A DNA stretch of 64,000 nt from positions 671,210 through 735,209 of the forward strand of contig JAXLQV010000001.1 of assembly GCA_046331465.1 (NCBI GenBank), given 5' to 3'. Every line of letters starts with the position of its first letter. The stretch's first letter is position 1. The notes beneath the pieces are model-generated. The model was not told where the DNA came from and did no database searches. It saw only the letters and a list, made by a program, of their open reading frames with translations. The position numbers and the translations under genes were made by a program. Shown in pieces: positions 1 to 8,825 of the stretch. Source of the stretch: Thermoanaerobaculia bacterium. GTDB lineage: Bacteria; Acidobacteriota; Thermoanaerobaculia; UBA5066.

Positions 1-931
1 GGACGAGCCTCGCGCGTGAGGAGAGGCCGCCCCGTGGTGCGCGACGAGCCGCGCTCTCGGCCTCCCGTGCCAGGTTCCTCTCCTCGAGCGCGATTCGCGC
101 CTCCCGGATGTCACGCAGCCGCTCGCGAGGGTCCCGCTCCAGGCAGCGCCCGAGGAGTTGCCGGACGGAACGCGGCACGTCTCGGGGAAGGCGTTCCCAG
201 TCGATCTCCTGCCTGAGGACGGAGGCCAGGACGTCGGAAACGGTCTCCCCGTCGAAGAGCCTTCCGCCAGACAGCATCTCGAAGAGGACGACGCCGAACG
301 CCCAGACGTCCGCCCTCCGGTCGACCGGCTTCCCCTGCGCCTGCTCCGGCGACATGTACCGGGTCGTCCCGAGGACGACCCCTTCCGAAGTAGAAGAGGC
401 CGGCTGCGTGGACGCCTCGGGCGGCGCATCCCAGACGTCCCCGGGTTCCACGGAGAGCGCCTTCGCGATGCCGAAGTCCAGGAGCTTGACGGCGCCGTCG
501 CGCGGGACGACGACGTTCGCGGGTTTCAGGTCCCGGTGGACGATCCCCTTCTCGTGCGCGGCCTCGAGGCCTTCCGCGACCTGCCCCGCGACGGAAAGAG
601 TCTCGTCGAGCGGGAGCCTGCCCTTGGCCATCCGCTCGGCGAGCGTCGGTCCCTCGACGAGCTCCATGACGAGGACGTGCTCGCCGTCGCTCTCCTCCAG
701 GCCGTGGATCGCTGCGACGTTCGGGTGGCCGAGCGAGGCGAGGAGCCGCGCCTCGTGCGTCAGGCGCGCCACACGGTCCACGTTCGTCGAGAATCCGGGC
801 GGAAGCGTCTTCAGCGCGACGTCGCGCCCTAGCTTCGAGTCGTGAGCGCGCCAGACCTCGCCCATTCCTCCCGAGCCGAGGAAGGCCACGACCTGGTACG
901 GGCCGATCAGCCGCCCGGGCTGAAGGCTCAT
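1..931 (-). CDS. Hanks-type serine/threonine protein kinase, N-terminal catalytic domain; the C-terminal part runs off the window start (partial)
   Basis: Minus-strand translation from the ATG at 931 reads MSLQPGRLIGPYQVVAFLGSGGMGEVWRAH...VALK...HRDLKPANV...DFGIAKA. The Gly-loop, VAIK-type Lys, HRDLKP catalytic loop and DFG motif are all present. The frame stays open to position 1. Confidence 0.8.
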   Translation of the reverse strand, partial: MSLQPGRLIGPYQVVAFLGSGGMGEVWRAHDSKLGRDVALKTLPPGFSTNVDRVARLTHEARLLASLGHPNVAAIHGLEESDGEHVLVMELVEGPTLAERMAKGRLPLDETLSVAGQVAEGLEAAHEKGIVHRDLKPANVVVPRDGAVKLLDFGIAKALSVEPGDVWDAPPEASTQPASSTSEGVVLGTTRYMSPEQAQGKPVDRRADVWAFGVVLFEMLSGGRLFDGETVSDVLASVLRQEIDWERLPRDVPRSVRQLLGRCLERDPRERLRDIREARIALEERNLAREAESAARRAPRGGLSSRARLV

Positions 932-1033
932 TGCGCGTTCTTTTCCGTCCAGTCTAGACCCGGACGGGAGGAGCGTGATCCGTCTCCGTCCTGCCGATCG
1001 GGACGATCGGCGGAGCGGACCGCAGCCGGGGCA

Positions 1034-1585
1034 CTACTCTCCGCAGAGGCTCACGACGGCCGCGGTGATCTCCTTCGACGAGGGAGGATCCTCGCCGAGG
1101 CCGAGGGAGTGGAGCGCCTCGTGCAGGACGACGGCGACCGTGGAGGTCCCTTCGCGGGTCCGGAATCCCATCAGCTCGTGCGGGCAGACGACGACGGCCC
1201 GGCTCCCCGGCGAGGTGTAGGCGAGCATCCCCGGCTGGCCGCAGACCGACCGCCCCAGGCCGCTCTGGAAGCGGATCGAGCGGAGGTACTCGGCGGCCGT
1301 GAGCCCGGTCGCGGCGAGCGTCTCGGCGAGCGGGCGTCCGGTCGCGCGGTCGGCGAACTCCCGAAGCAGGAAGCTGCAGGGAGGCCGGCCGAGGCGGTCC
1401 GCCGCCTCGGCAACGACGTCGGGGAAGACCGGCCCCAGGCCGGAGTCGACGGCGAGCGCGACGGCCCTTCCTTCGTGAACGCCGAACGCCGGGGGCGCGA
1501 GGACCGTCGTCGCCGCGAGGACGACGGCTGGCGGGAGGACGGCTCGGAGGAGCGGGAGCGGGGCGGACCCGGCACGGGAGACCAC
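1034..1585 (-). CDS. hypothetical secreted protein, immediately upstream of the kinase on the same strand
   Basis: 183-aa ORF with a balanced composition and a hydrophobic N-terminal stretch (LPLLRAVLPPAVVLAATTVLAPPAFG). No family recognised. Confidence 0.35.
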   Translation of the reverse strand: MVSRAGSAPLPLLRAVLPPAVVLAATTVLAPPAFGVHEGRAVALAVDSGLGPVFPDVVAEAADRLGRPPCSFLLREFADRATGRPLAETLAATGLTAAEYLRSIRFQSGLGRSVCGQPGMLAYTSPGSRAVVVCPHELMGFRTREGTSTVAVVLHEALHSLGLGEDPPSSKEITAAVVSLCGE

Positions 1586-1717
1586 GGGAGCCTCCTTCCC
1601 GGACGGCTGGTCCCGTCCGGCTCTCGGTCAGCGGCTGGGATTTGCTGCTACCGAGAACGTGCCGCGCCCGTGCCGCGGAATGCCTCGTAAACTGTTCGGG
1701 AAAGTCTCGGGAGCCTG

Positions 1718-2368
1718 ATGAAGCTCCGGTTCGGGGAGTTCACCTGCGACGGCGGACGCCGCCAGCTCCTCCGGCAGGGCGAGCCGGTCCGTGTGTCGTC
1801 CAAGGCGTTCCAGCTCCTCGAGCTGCTCCTCGCGCGGCGCCCGAATGCCGTCTCCCGCGAGGAGATTCAGGACGCGCTCTGGCCGGAGTCGCTCGTGACG
1901 GAGACGACCCTCGCGAACCTCGTCACCGAGGTCCGGGCGGTGCTCGGCGAGTCGGGGCGCGAGACCCGGCTGGTCAGGACGGCCTGGGGCTTCGGCTACG
2001 CCTTCGACGGCGAGGCGACGGAGCTGGAGGGGAGGTTGCCGGCAGACGGCCCGGGCCGCCACGTCCTCCTCTGGGGGGACCGGGAGTTCCCGCTGCGGGA
2101 AGGGGAGAACGTCGTCGGCAGAGAGCCGGGCCTCGCCGTCTCCGTCGTCCATCCGTCGGTCTCGCGCGAGCACGCGCGGATCACCGTGAACGGGGCGGAG
2201 GTCGAGATCGAGGACCTCGAAAGCAAGAACGGGACGTTCGTCGGCGGCAGGCGCCTCGAGGGCCGGCAGACGCTTCGGTCCGGCGACACGGTCACCGCCG
2301 GAAGCGCCACCCTTCTCTACGTCGACACGCGCGCCGCCGCCGACCGCGAGACCGAGACGGCGCGCTGA
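1718..2368 (+). CDS. transcriptional regulator with an N-terminal OmpR/PhoB-type winged-helix DNA-binding domain and a C-terminal FHA domain (EmbR-like minimal architecture, no receiver domain)
   Basis: The N-terminus (LRFGEFTCDGGRRQLLRQGEPVRVSSKAFQLLELLLARRPNAVSREEIQDALWPE...TLANLVTEVRAVLG...RTAWGFGYAF) is a trans_reg_C-type wHTH. The C-terminus (VGREPG..SVVHPSVSREHARITVNGAEVEIEDLESKNGTFVGGRRL) carries the FHA G-R...S-R-x-H...S-x-N-G-T motifs. Confidence 0.75.
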   Translation: MKLRFGEFTCDGGRRQLLRQGEPVRVSSKAFQLLELLLARRPNAVSREEIQDALWPESLVTETTLANLVTEVRAVLGESGRETRLVRTAWGFGYAFDGEATELEGRLPADGPGRHVLLWGDREFPLREGENVVGREPGLAVSVVHPSVSREHARITVNGAEVEIEDLESKNGTFVGGRRLEGRQTLRSGDTVTAGSATLLYVDTRAAADRETETAR

Positions 2369-2395
2369 GGGGAGTGCGCCGGAACGGCGACTTCC

Positions 2396-2878
2396 TCAGC
2401 GCTTGTAGCCGATCTTCCGGAGGAGGTCGTGGCGCCAGGCCGCGTCGGCCTCGGCCTCGACGCCCTTCGGCGAGCTGCCGTCGACGACGCCGAGGATCCC
2501 GCGGCCGCGCTCGGTCTCGGCGGCGATCACCTCGACGGGGTTCGCGGTCGCGCAGAAGATCGCGCAGACCTCGGGGACGTCGCGGATCCGGCCGAGGACG
2601 TTGACCGGGTAGCCGTTGCGAAGCGAGACGTAGAACGTGTGCCCCGCTCCGACGGCCCGCGCGTTGCGCACGGCGCTCGCCTTCAGCTCCTCGTCGTTCC
2701 CTTCCACGCGGACGAGGCAGGCGCCGGAGGCCTCGTTGAAGGCGATGCCGAACTTCATCTGGGGCACCGTCCCGACGATCGCCTCGTAGAGGTCCTCGAC
2801 GGTCTTGATGAAGTGGCTCTGGCCGACGATGACGTTCCCGTCCTCCGGGATCTCGAGGGGGATCGCTTTCAGCTCCAT
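2396..2878 (-). CDS. small conserved protein, adenosine-specific-kinase-like family (PF04008-like); function uncertain
   Basis: 160-aa ORF starting MELKAIPLEIPEDGNVIVGQSHFIKTVEDLYEAIV..KFGIAFNEASG. This N-terminal signature matches my memory of the Adenosine_kin family. ATG at 2878. The longer upstream extension in the ORF track is R-rich junk. Confidence 0.45.
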   Translation of the reverse strand: MELKAIPLEIPEDGNVIVGQSHFIKTVEDLYEAIVGTVPQMKFGIAFNEASGACLVRVEGNDEELKASAVRNARAVGAGHTFYVSLRNGYPVNVLGRIRDVPEVCAIFCATANPVEVIAAETERGRGILGVVDGSSPKGVEAEADAAWRHDLLRKIGYKR

Positions 2879-2910
2879 GAGGGAAATATTAGGCGCGGGA
2901 CGCCCCCGGG

Positions 2911-3702
2911 TCACCGGCCTCGCCAGGCCGCCGGGCGGCGGGCGAGGAAGGCGTCGATCCCCTCGGAGGCGTCCTCGAGGTCGAGGTTCGAGACCATTCC
3001 CTCCGAGGCGGTGGCGTAGGCGGCCGCGAGCGGCTCCTCGACCTGCCGGTAGAAGAGCCGCTTGCCGTGCGCGACGACGGCGGGGCTGTGGGCCGCGATC
3101 CGCCGCGCGAGCTTCTCGACCTCGGCGTCGAGCTCGGCGAGGGGGACGACGCGGTTGACGAGACCCCACCGCTCGGCCGTCGCGGCGTCGATCGGGTCGC
3201 CGGTGAAGAGGAGCTCGAGGGCGCGCTTCCGGGGGAGGTTCCGGGCGACGGCCACGCCCGGCGTCGTGCAGAAGATCCCGGCCTTGATGCCGGGGACGCC
3301 GAACGTGGCGACGTCGGCCGCGACGGCGAGGTCGCAGGTGGCGACGAGCTGGCAGCCTGCGGCCACGGCGGCTCCCTGGACGCGGGCGATGACGGGCTGC
3401 GGCAGCCGGACGAGGCCGAGCATCACCTCGGTGCAGCGGTCGAAGAGCGCCTTCCGGTAGGCGGGGTCGGGGTTGCCGCGCATCTCGGCGAGGTCGTGCC
3501 CCGCGCAGAAATGCTTCCCCGCGCCGGCCAGGACGACGACGCGGACCGAGGCGTCGTCCCGGAGGCGCGTGATCTCGGCGTCGAGCGCCTCGAGCATCGG
3601 CGTCGACAGCGCGTTCAGCTTCGCGGGGCGGTCGAGGAGGAGCGTCGCGACGCCCTCGGCGTCGGACCGTCGGACGTACGGGGCCTCGGGCTCGCTCGAC
3701 AT
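2911..3702 (-). CDS. enoyl-CoA hydratase/isomerase (crotonase superfamily)
   Basis: Contains VVVLAGAGKHFCAGHDLAEM (oxyanion-hole region), CQLVATCDLAVAADVATFGVPGIKAGIF and an ECH-type C-terminal helix. 263 aa. Confidence 0.8.
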   Translation of the reverse strand: MSSEPEAPYVRRSDAEGVATLLLDRPAKLNALSTPMLEALDAEITRLRDDASVRVVVLAGAGKHFCAGHDLAEMRGNPDPAYRKALFDRCTEVMLGLVRLPQPVIARVQGAAVAAGCQLVATCDLAVAADVATFGVPGIKAGIFCTTPGVAVARNLPRKRALELLFTGDPIDAATAERWGLVNRVVPLAELDAEVEKLARRIAAHSPAVVAHGKRLFYRQVEEPLAAAYATASEGMVSNLDLEDASEGIDAFLARRPAAWRGR

Positions 3703-3774
3703 GGGACCTCCTCGGGGCGGCGATCGGCGGACGTTACACCGGGCGTCGACCGGGGGCGCTTCGGCCGTGCCCTC

Positions 3775-5562
3775 CTACCGGGCGACGTACTCGACGAAGA
3801 ACTGCTCCGGGAGGAAGCCGTGGACCTTCGAGGCAACGAGGCCGGCGGCGGCCATCGCCTCGTCCACCTCCTCGCGCGACATCTTCTGCTCGGGCGGCGG
3901 CCCCCAGGGACGCTCCGCCCACGGCTTCGGCGTGTAGTCGACGACGACGACGCGCCCTCCCGGCGCGAGTCCCGCGCGGATTTTCCTCAGCCAGGCGGCC
4001 CGGTCGGCGACGTAGTGGAGCGTGTCGACCATCAGGACGGTGTCGAGACCGGCCGGCGGGAGGCGCGGGTCGTCCTTCGGGACGACGAGGGTCCTCACGT
4101 TCGCGAGGCCCGCCTCCTCCACTCGATGCGCGAGGAACTCCAGGAGGTCGGGGTTGACGTCGACCGCGAGGACCAGGCCGGTCGGCCCGACCGCCCTCGC
4201 GACGCGGAGCGTGAAGTAGCCCGAGCCGGCGCCGACGTCGGCAATCCTCTCGCCGGGGCGGAGCGCGAGGGCCTGCATCACCTCGTCCGGCTTCTGGAAG
4301 GAGTCGCGCTCCTTCCTCTCGAGCATCGCGATGTACCGCTTCACGCCGATCGCCTTCGAGAGGGCCTTGAAGCGCCCGTCGTCCCGCAGGGCGGCGAACG
4401 CCTCGTCCTTGCGGAGCTCGAAGACGTCGACGATCCCGGCCTGGTAGGCGTGCTCGAGGGTGTCGCACGCCTCCTTGTGGTGGCCGAGGAGGGCGTGGGC
4501 GCGGGCGAGCCGGTAGAGAGCCTCGACGTGCGCCTCCCCGGCGGCCTCGGCCGCCGTCTCGGCGCGGGGAAGGGCCGCGGCCCAGTCGGTCGCCGCGTCC
4601 GCCCCGTGGAGGAAGTCGGCGAGGGCCTCCGACGCGGGGACGAGGTCGCGCCATCCCGGGCGCGTCTCGAAGAGGTCCTCGTAGATGACGACCTGGGCGT
4701 CGTCGAGGTGCGCGAGGCGGGAGGCCGCGGGGACGCGCTCTTGGAGGTGCAGCGGGTAGCCGGCCTCGTTCGGGAGCGGCGACCGTTCGGCAGCGCTCGT
4801 GCGCGCGAGGACGACGGCGCTGAAGACGGCCTGGTGGAGGAAGAGGTGGCGGAGCCCTCCGGGGCCCGCCTCGGCCCGGATTGCCGGGTCTGAGGCGAGG
4901 GCCGCGAACGCCCGGGCCCACTCGCGGAGGAGGCCCTTCGAAGGCCGCACCGCGTAGACGCCGCAGTTGACGTACCAGCGGACCCGCCCGGGGTCGACGA
5001 GCGGCTGGACCGTCTCGGGGAACGACCGGTCGAGGCCGGCCTCGCGGGAGATCTGCGTCCACCAGGCGTCGAGCGGCGCTCCCTCGGGAAGGGCGACCGC
5101 GTTCCGGAGGAAGACGGGGCGGACTGCGACCGACGCCTCGCCGCCGAGGAGGAGCGCCGTCGGCGGCGAGAGGACGAGCGTCTCGGCGTCGAGCCAGACG
5201 AGCGTCCGCGCGCTCTTCTCGACGAGCGCCTCCACCTGCGCGGCGGCGAGGACCTTCCGCGCGTACGGGAACGTCCGGAGCGCGGCGTCTCCCCCCAGCG
5301 GGTGCACGGTGACGCCGGGGCGCATCCCCAGGGGCGCCGCCTCTTCGAGGACACCGTCGACGACGACGTGGACGGGAGCGTCGGCGAGCGGGCCGCCGAA
5401 CCTCCGGAGCGAGTCGACGAGGAGGCTCGCCTTTCGAGCCTGGAGCGGGCTCTCGACGGACGTGGCGAAAGCCACGTCGGGTACCGCCGCGGCAAGGCCC
5501 GGGGTGGCAGGCAGGAGGAACGAGGCGCAGAGCACCAGGACGTGGCGTCGTCGGCTGGTCAT
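3775..5562 (-). CDS. multidomain exported or membrane-anchored protein with a C-terminal class I SAM-dependent methyltransferase domain
   Basis: ATG at 5562 is preceded by GGAGG. N-terminus MTSRRRHVLVLCASFLLPATPGLAAA is a signal peptide or anchor. A central TPR-like segment follows. The C-terminus carries methyltransferase motif I (IADVGAGSGYFTLRVA) and post-I (LAVDVNPD..V), then VVVDY. Confidence 0.6.
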   Translation of the reverse strand: MTSRRRHVLVLCASFLLPATPGLAAAVPDVAFATSVESPLQARKASLLVDSLRRFGGPLADAPVHVVVDGVLEEAAPLGMRPGVTVHPLGGDAALRTFPYARKVLAAAQVEALVEKSARTLVWLDAETLVLSPPTALLLGGEASVAVRPVFLRNAVALPEGAPLDAWWTQISREAGLDRSFPETVQPLVDPGRVRWYVNCGVYAVRPSKGLLREWARAFAALASDPAIRAEAGPGGLRHLFLHQAVFSAVVLARTSAAERSPLPNEAGYPLHLQERVPAASRLAHLDDAQVVIYEDLFETRPGWRDLVPASEALADFLHGADAATDWAAALPRAETAAEAAGEAHVEALYRLARAHALLGHHKEACDTLEHAYQAGIVDVFELRKDEAFAALRDDGRFKALSKAIGVKRYIAMLERKERDSFQKPDEVMQALALRPGERIADVGAGSGYFTLRVARAVGPTGLVLAVDVNPDLLEFLAHRVEEAGLANVRTLVVPKDDPRLPPAGLDTVLMVDTLHYVADRAAWLRKIRAGLAPGGRVVVVDYTPKPWAERPWGPPPEQKMSREEVDEAMAAAGLVASKVHGFLPEQFFVEYVAR

Positions 5563-5734
5563 GAGGTCCTCCGTCGTCTTGCTACGGGCGGCGCGAGATC
5601 GAGTTGTGAGACGGCAGCGCAAGTCGGCCCTCGCGTCCCGGGGCTCCCCCGATCGTCCGTATGACGCGCATCATGTCGGGAGCCCTTCCGACCGAACAGA
5701 CTGAGCCCGGAAAGACCTCGAGGAGGACCTGAAG

Positions 5735-7309
5735 ATGATGCCGGACACGAGACGGATGCTCGTCCTCGCCGCCGCGCTCCTTCCCCCCGCCGCGTTCGCA
5801 GCCCCCCCCGCCGCGCTCCCGGTGACGGCGGGCCTCGGGAGGTCGGAGGCGTGCCTCACCTGCCACGAGCAGGGGAGCCCGGGGCTCGTCGCGCACTGGC
5901 GCGACAGCGCGCACGCCCGGGCGCAGGTGGGGTGCTACGACTGCCACCAGGCGAAGAAGGGGGAGGCGGACGCCTTCGAGCACGAGGGCGTGGTCATCGC
6001 GACGGTCGTCACGCCGCGCGACTGCGGCCGCTGCCACCAGAAGGAAGACCTGCAGTTCGAGGGGAGCCACCACGCGAAGGCGGGGAACATCCTCGCCTCG
6101 CTCGACAACTACCTCGCCGAGACGGTCGAGGGAGCCCGCCTCCCGTTCAACCCCCACTCGCCCACGCCCGGGAAGGCGGCGGGCGGCCCGGTCAACGGCC
6201 TCGCGAGCGTGCAGTCCGGCTGCATGCAGTGCCACGGCGCCCGGCTGGCGCTGAAGGTCAAGGACGGCGGGGCGCCCGTGACGGTCGTCGACCTCGCGCC
6301 CGGGCCGGACGGGATGCCGACGAACGCCGCCGCGATGGCCCGGATCGTCCGGGACGCGGACGGGCGCCCGACGTTCGACAGCTCCTCGTGGCCGAACACG
6401 GGGATCGGGCGCCTCAACCTCGACGGGTCGCTCGGGTCGTGCAGCGCCTGCCACAGCCGCCACGACTTCTCGGCCCGGCGCGCGCGGCAGCCGGAGAACT
6501 GCGGCAAGTGCCACCTCGGCCCCGACCACCCGCAGAAGGAGATCTACGAGGAGTCCAAGCACGGCGTCGCCTACCGCGACCTGAAGGACAAGCTGAACCT
6601 CGACGGGAAGACGTGGGTCCTCGGGAAGGACTACTCCGCCGCGCCGACCTGCGCGACCTGCCACGTCTCGGCGACCGAGAGCGGCCTGCCGGTGACCCAC
6701 GACCCGGGGGAGCGGATCTCCTGGACGAACCGCCCGGCGGTCTCGCTCGTCATGGACACGGACGCGGCCCACAAGGTCGTGACGGAGACCGACCCCGCGA
6801 AGCGGAAGGCCCTCGTCGCCGACCCGGCCGACGCCAAGCGCGGGCGGATGAAGCAGGTCTGCGGCGAGTGCCACACCTCGGGCTACGTCGACGCGTTCTA
6901 TGGGCAGTACGACGACCTCGTCGTCCTCTACAACGAGAAGTTCGGCAAGCCCGGAACGGCCCTGATGGCCGAGCTCGCCAGGCAGGGGCTCCTGACGAAG
7001 AAGCAGTTCGACGAGAAGATCGAGTGGGAGTGGTTCTACCTCTGGCACCACGAGGGGCGCAGGGCGCGCCACGGCGCGGCGATGATGGCCCCCGACTACA
7101 CCCACTGGCACGGCATGTACGAGGTGGCCGAGCGCTTCTACCAGGGCGTGATCCCCGAGGCCCGCGAGATCGCCGCGAAGGCCGCGGCGGAGGGGAAGAA
7201 GGCGCAGGCCGACGCCGTGAACGCGCTCGTCGACTCGATCCTCGCCCGTCCCGAGCACGCCTGGTTCCTGGCCGAGAAGGCGGCCGCCCCGCCCTCGAAG
7301 CCGCACTGA
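5735..7309 (+). CDS. octaheme c-type cytochrome, hydroxylamine-oxidoreductase (HAO / epsilon-Hao) family
   Basis: Has a signal peptide and eight CxxCH motifs: CLTCH, CYDCH, CGRCH, CMQCH, CSACH, CGKCH, CATCH, CGECH. Their spacing matches the HAO family. GGAGG lies 7 nt upstream of the ATG. Confidence 0.75.
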   Translation: MMPDTRRMLVLAAALLPPAAFAAPPAALPVTAGLGRSEACLTCHEQGSPGLVAHWRDSAHARAQVGCYDCHQAKKGEADAFEHEGVVIATVVTPRDCGRCHQKEDLQFEGSHHAKAGNILASLDNYLAETVEGARLPFNPHSPTPGKAAGGPVNGLASVQSGCMQCHGARLALKVKDGGAPVTVVDLAPGPDGMPTNAAAMARIVRDADGRPTFDSSSWPNTGIGRLNLDGSLGSCSACHSRHDFSARRARQPENCGKCHLGPDHPQKEIYEESKHGVAYRDLKDKLNLDGKTWVLGKDYSAAPTCATCHVSATESGLPVTHDPGERISWTNRPAVSLVMDTDAAHKVVTETDPAKRKALVADPADAKRGRMKQVCGECHTSGYVDAFYGQYDDLVVLYNEKFGKPGTALMAELARQGLLTKKQFDEKIEWEWFYLWHHEGRRARHGAAMMAPDYTHWHGMYEVAERFYQGVIPEAREIAAKAAAEGKKAQADAVNALVDSILARPEHAWFLAEKAAAPPSKPH

Positions 7310-7330
7310 CGGGGCGCGGGGATCGGAAGG

Positions 7331-7362
7331 GAGCCGCGCCTCCGCAGGGGGAGGCGCGGCTC
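7331..7362. terminator. GC-rich stem-loop between convergent genes (bidirectional intrinsic-terminator candidate)
   Basis: Perfect 13-bp inverted repeat GAGCCGCGCCTCC / GGAGGCGCGGCTC with a 6-nt loop, in the 80-bp gap between the cytochrome stop (7309) and the M20 peptidase stop (7389). Confidence 0.4.
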
Positions 7363-7388
7363 GGAGTCCACGGCCGGCCGGAGCCGGC

Positions 7389-8768
7389 TTACGGCTTCGC
7401 GGCCGGGCCTCCGAGGAGCTCCAGCGTGGAGAAGACGAGCGCCGCGACGCCGGTGCGGATCGTCGGCCCGCGGTCGGGGGCGAACTGGGAGTTGTGCGGG
7501 CCGGGGACGAAGCGCCCTTCGGCCTTCGCCCGGCTCAGCTCGGCCGGCGCGGTCGCCCCGATGCGCAGCTGGACGGACGGGGCGCCCGCGACCCGGCCGT
7601 AGACGCCGAAGTCCTCGGAGGAGCTCGAGGGCTCGGCCGGGAGGACGTTCGCGTCGCCGAGCCCGCGGCGGAGAGCCGCCTCGAGGCGGGCGGACATGGC
7701 CGGGTCGTTCACGACGACCTCGGAGGCCTCGCGGGGGTCGACGACGACCTCGGGCTCGCGCGGCGCGCCGGAGGCGGCCGCCTCGGCCTTCGCGATCCGC
7801 GCGATCGCGGCGAGGAGCTGCTTCTGCACCTCGGGCCGGTAGGAGCGGACGGTGAGCTGGAGCTTCGCCTCGTCCGGGATGACGTTCCGCTTCGTCCCCG
7901 CGTGGAACGTCCCGACCGTGACGACGGCCGGCTCGAAGGGGTTCACCTCGCGCGACACGATGGCCTGGAGCGCAACGACGGCCCGGGCCGCCATGAGGAC
8001 CGGGTCGATCGTCCGCTGCGGCATCGCCCCGTGCCCCCCCCGGCCGAAGAACGTGACGTCGACGGCGTTCGACGCGGCCGACGCCGGCCCCGACGTGACG
8101 CCGGCGGCGCCGGAGGGGAGGAGGTTCGTCACGTGGAGGCCGAGGACGAAATCAGGCTTGGGGAAGCGGGTGAGGAGCCCGTCCTTCACCATCGCCTCGG
8201 CGCCCCGCAGCGTCTCCTCGGCCGGCTGGCCGACGAAGACGAGCGTCCCCTTCCAGCGGGTCTTCGCTTTCGCGAGGAGCGTCGCGGCGCCGACCCAGGA
8301 CGTCATGTGGACGTCGTGGCCGCAGGCGTGCATCACCGGGACGGTCTCTCCCGCGTCGTCCCTCGCCGTGACGGTGCTCGCGTAGGGAAGCCCCGTCTTC
8401 TCCGGCATCGGCAGGGCGTCCATGTCGGTCCTCACGAGGACCGTCGGCCCCTTGCCGTTCCGGAGGACTCCGACGACGCCCGTCCCGCCGACTCCCTCGG
8501 TCACCTCGAACCCGGCGGCGCGCAGCCGCGTCGCCATCTCCGCGGCCGTCCGCGCCTCGTGCGTCGAGAGCTCCGGGTTCCGGTGGAGGTCGAGGTAGAG
8601 GGCGTCGAGCGACGGGGCGAGCGCGTCGAGGCCCTCGAGGCCTCGCGGTCCCTCCGCCGCGGCGGGCGCCGGAGCCAGGGCGAGGACGGCGAGGGCGACG
8701 AGCGGGACCGTCGCGAGGCGCGGAGCGCGGAACGTTCTCCTGCCGTGGTCTTCCGGAGATCGGCTCAT
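7389..8768 (-). CDS. M20-family amidohydrolase/peptidase (M20D, hippurate-hydrolase/aminoacylase-like), secreted
   Basis: Has a signal peptide and the M20 metal-ligand regions HACGHDVH...GQPAEE...GGHGAMP. 459 aa. Confidence 0.8.
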   Translation of the reverse strand: MSRSPEDHGRRTFRAPRLATVPLVALAVLALAPAPAAAEGPRGLEGLDALAPSLDALYLDLHRNPELSTHEARTAAEMATRLRAAGFEVTEGVGGTGVVGVLRNGKGPTVLVRTDMDALPMPEKTGLPYASTVTARDDAGETVPVMHACGHDVHMTSWVGAATLLAKAKTRWKGTLVFVGQPAEETLRGAEAMVKDGLLTRFPKPDFVLGLHVTNLLPSGAAGVTSGPASAASNAVDVTFFGRGGHGAMPQRTIDPVLMAARAVVALQAIVSREVNPFEPAVVTVGTFHAGTKRNVIPDEAKLQLTVRSYRPEVQKQLLAAIARIAKAEAAASGAPREPEVVVDPREASEVVVNDPAMSARLEAALRRGLGDANVLPAEPSSSSEDFGVYGRVAGAPSVQLRIGATAPAELSRAKAEGRFVPGPHNSQFAPDRGPTIRTGVAALVFSTLELLGGPAAKP

Positions 8769-8825
8769 CCTGGCCCTCCTCGCATGCGGGCGAGTATTCC
8801 ACGGAGGCGGCGGCCTCCCCTCGCG

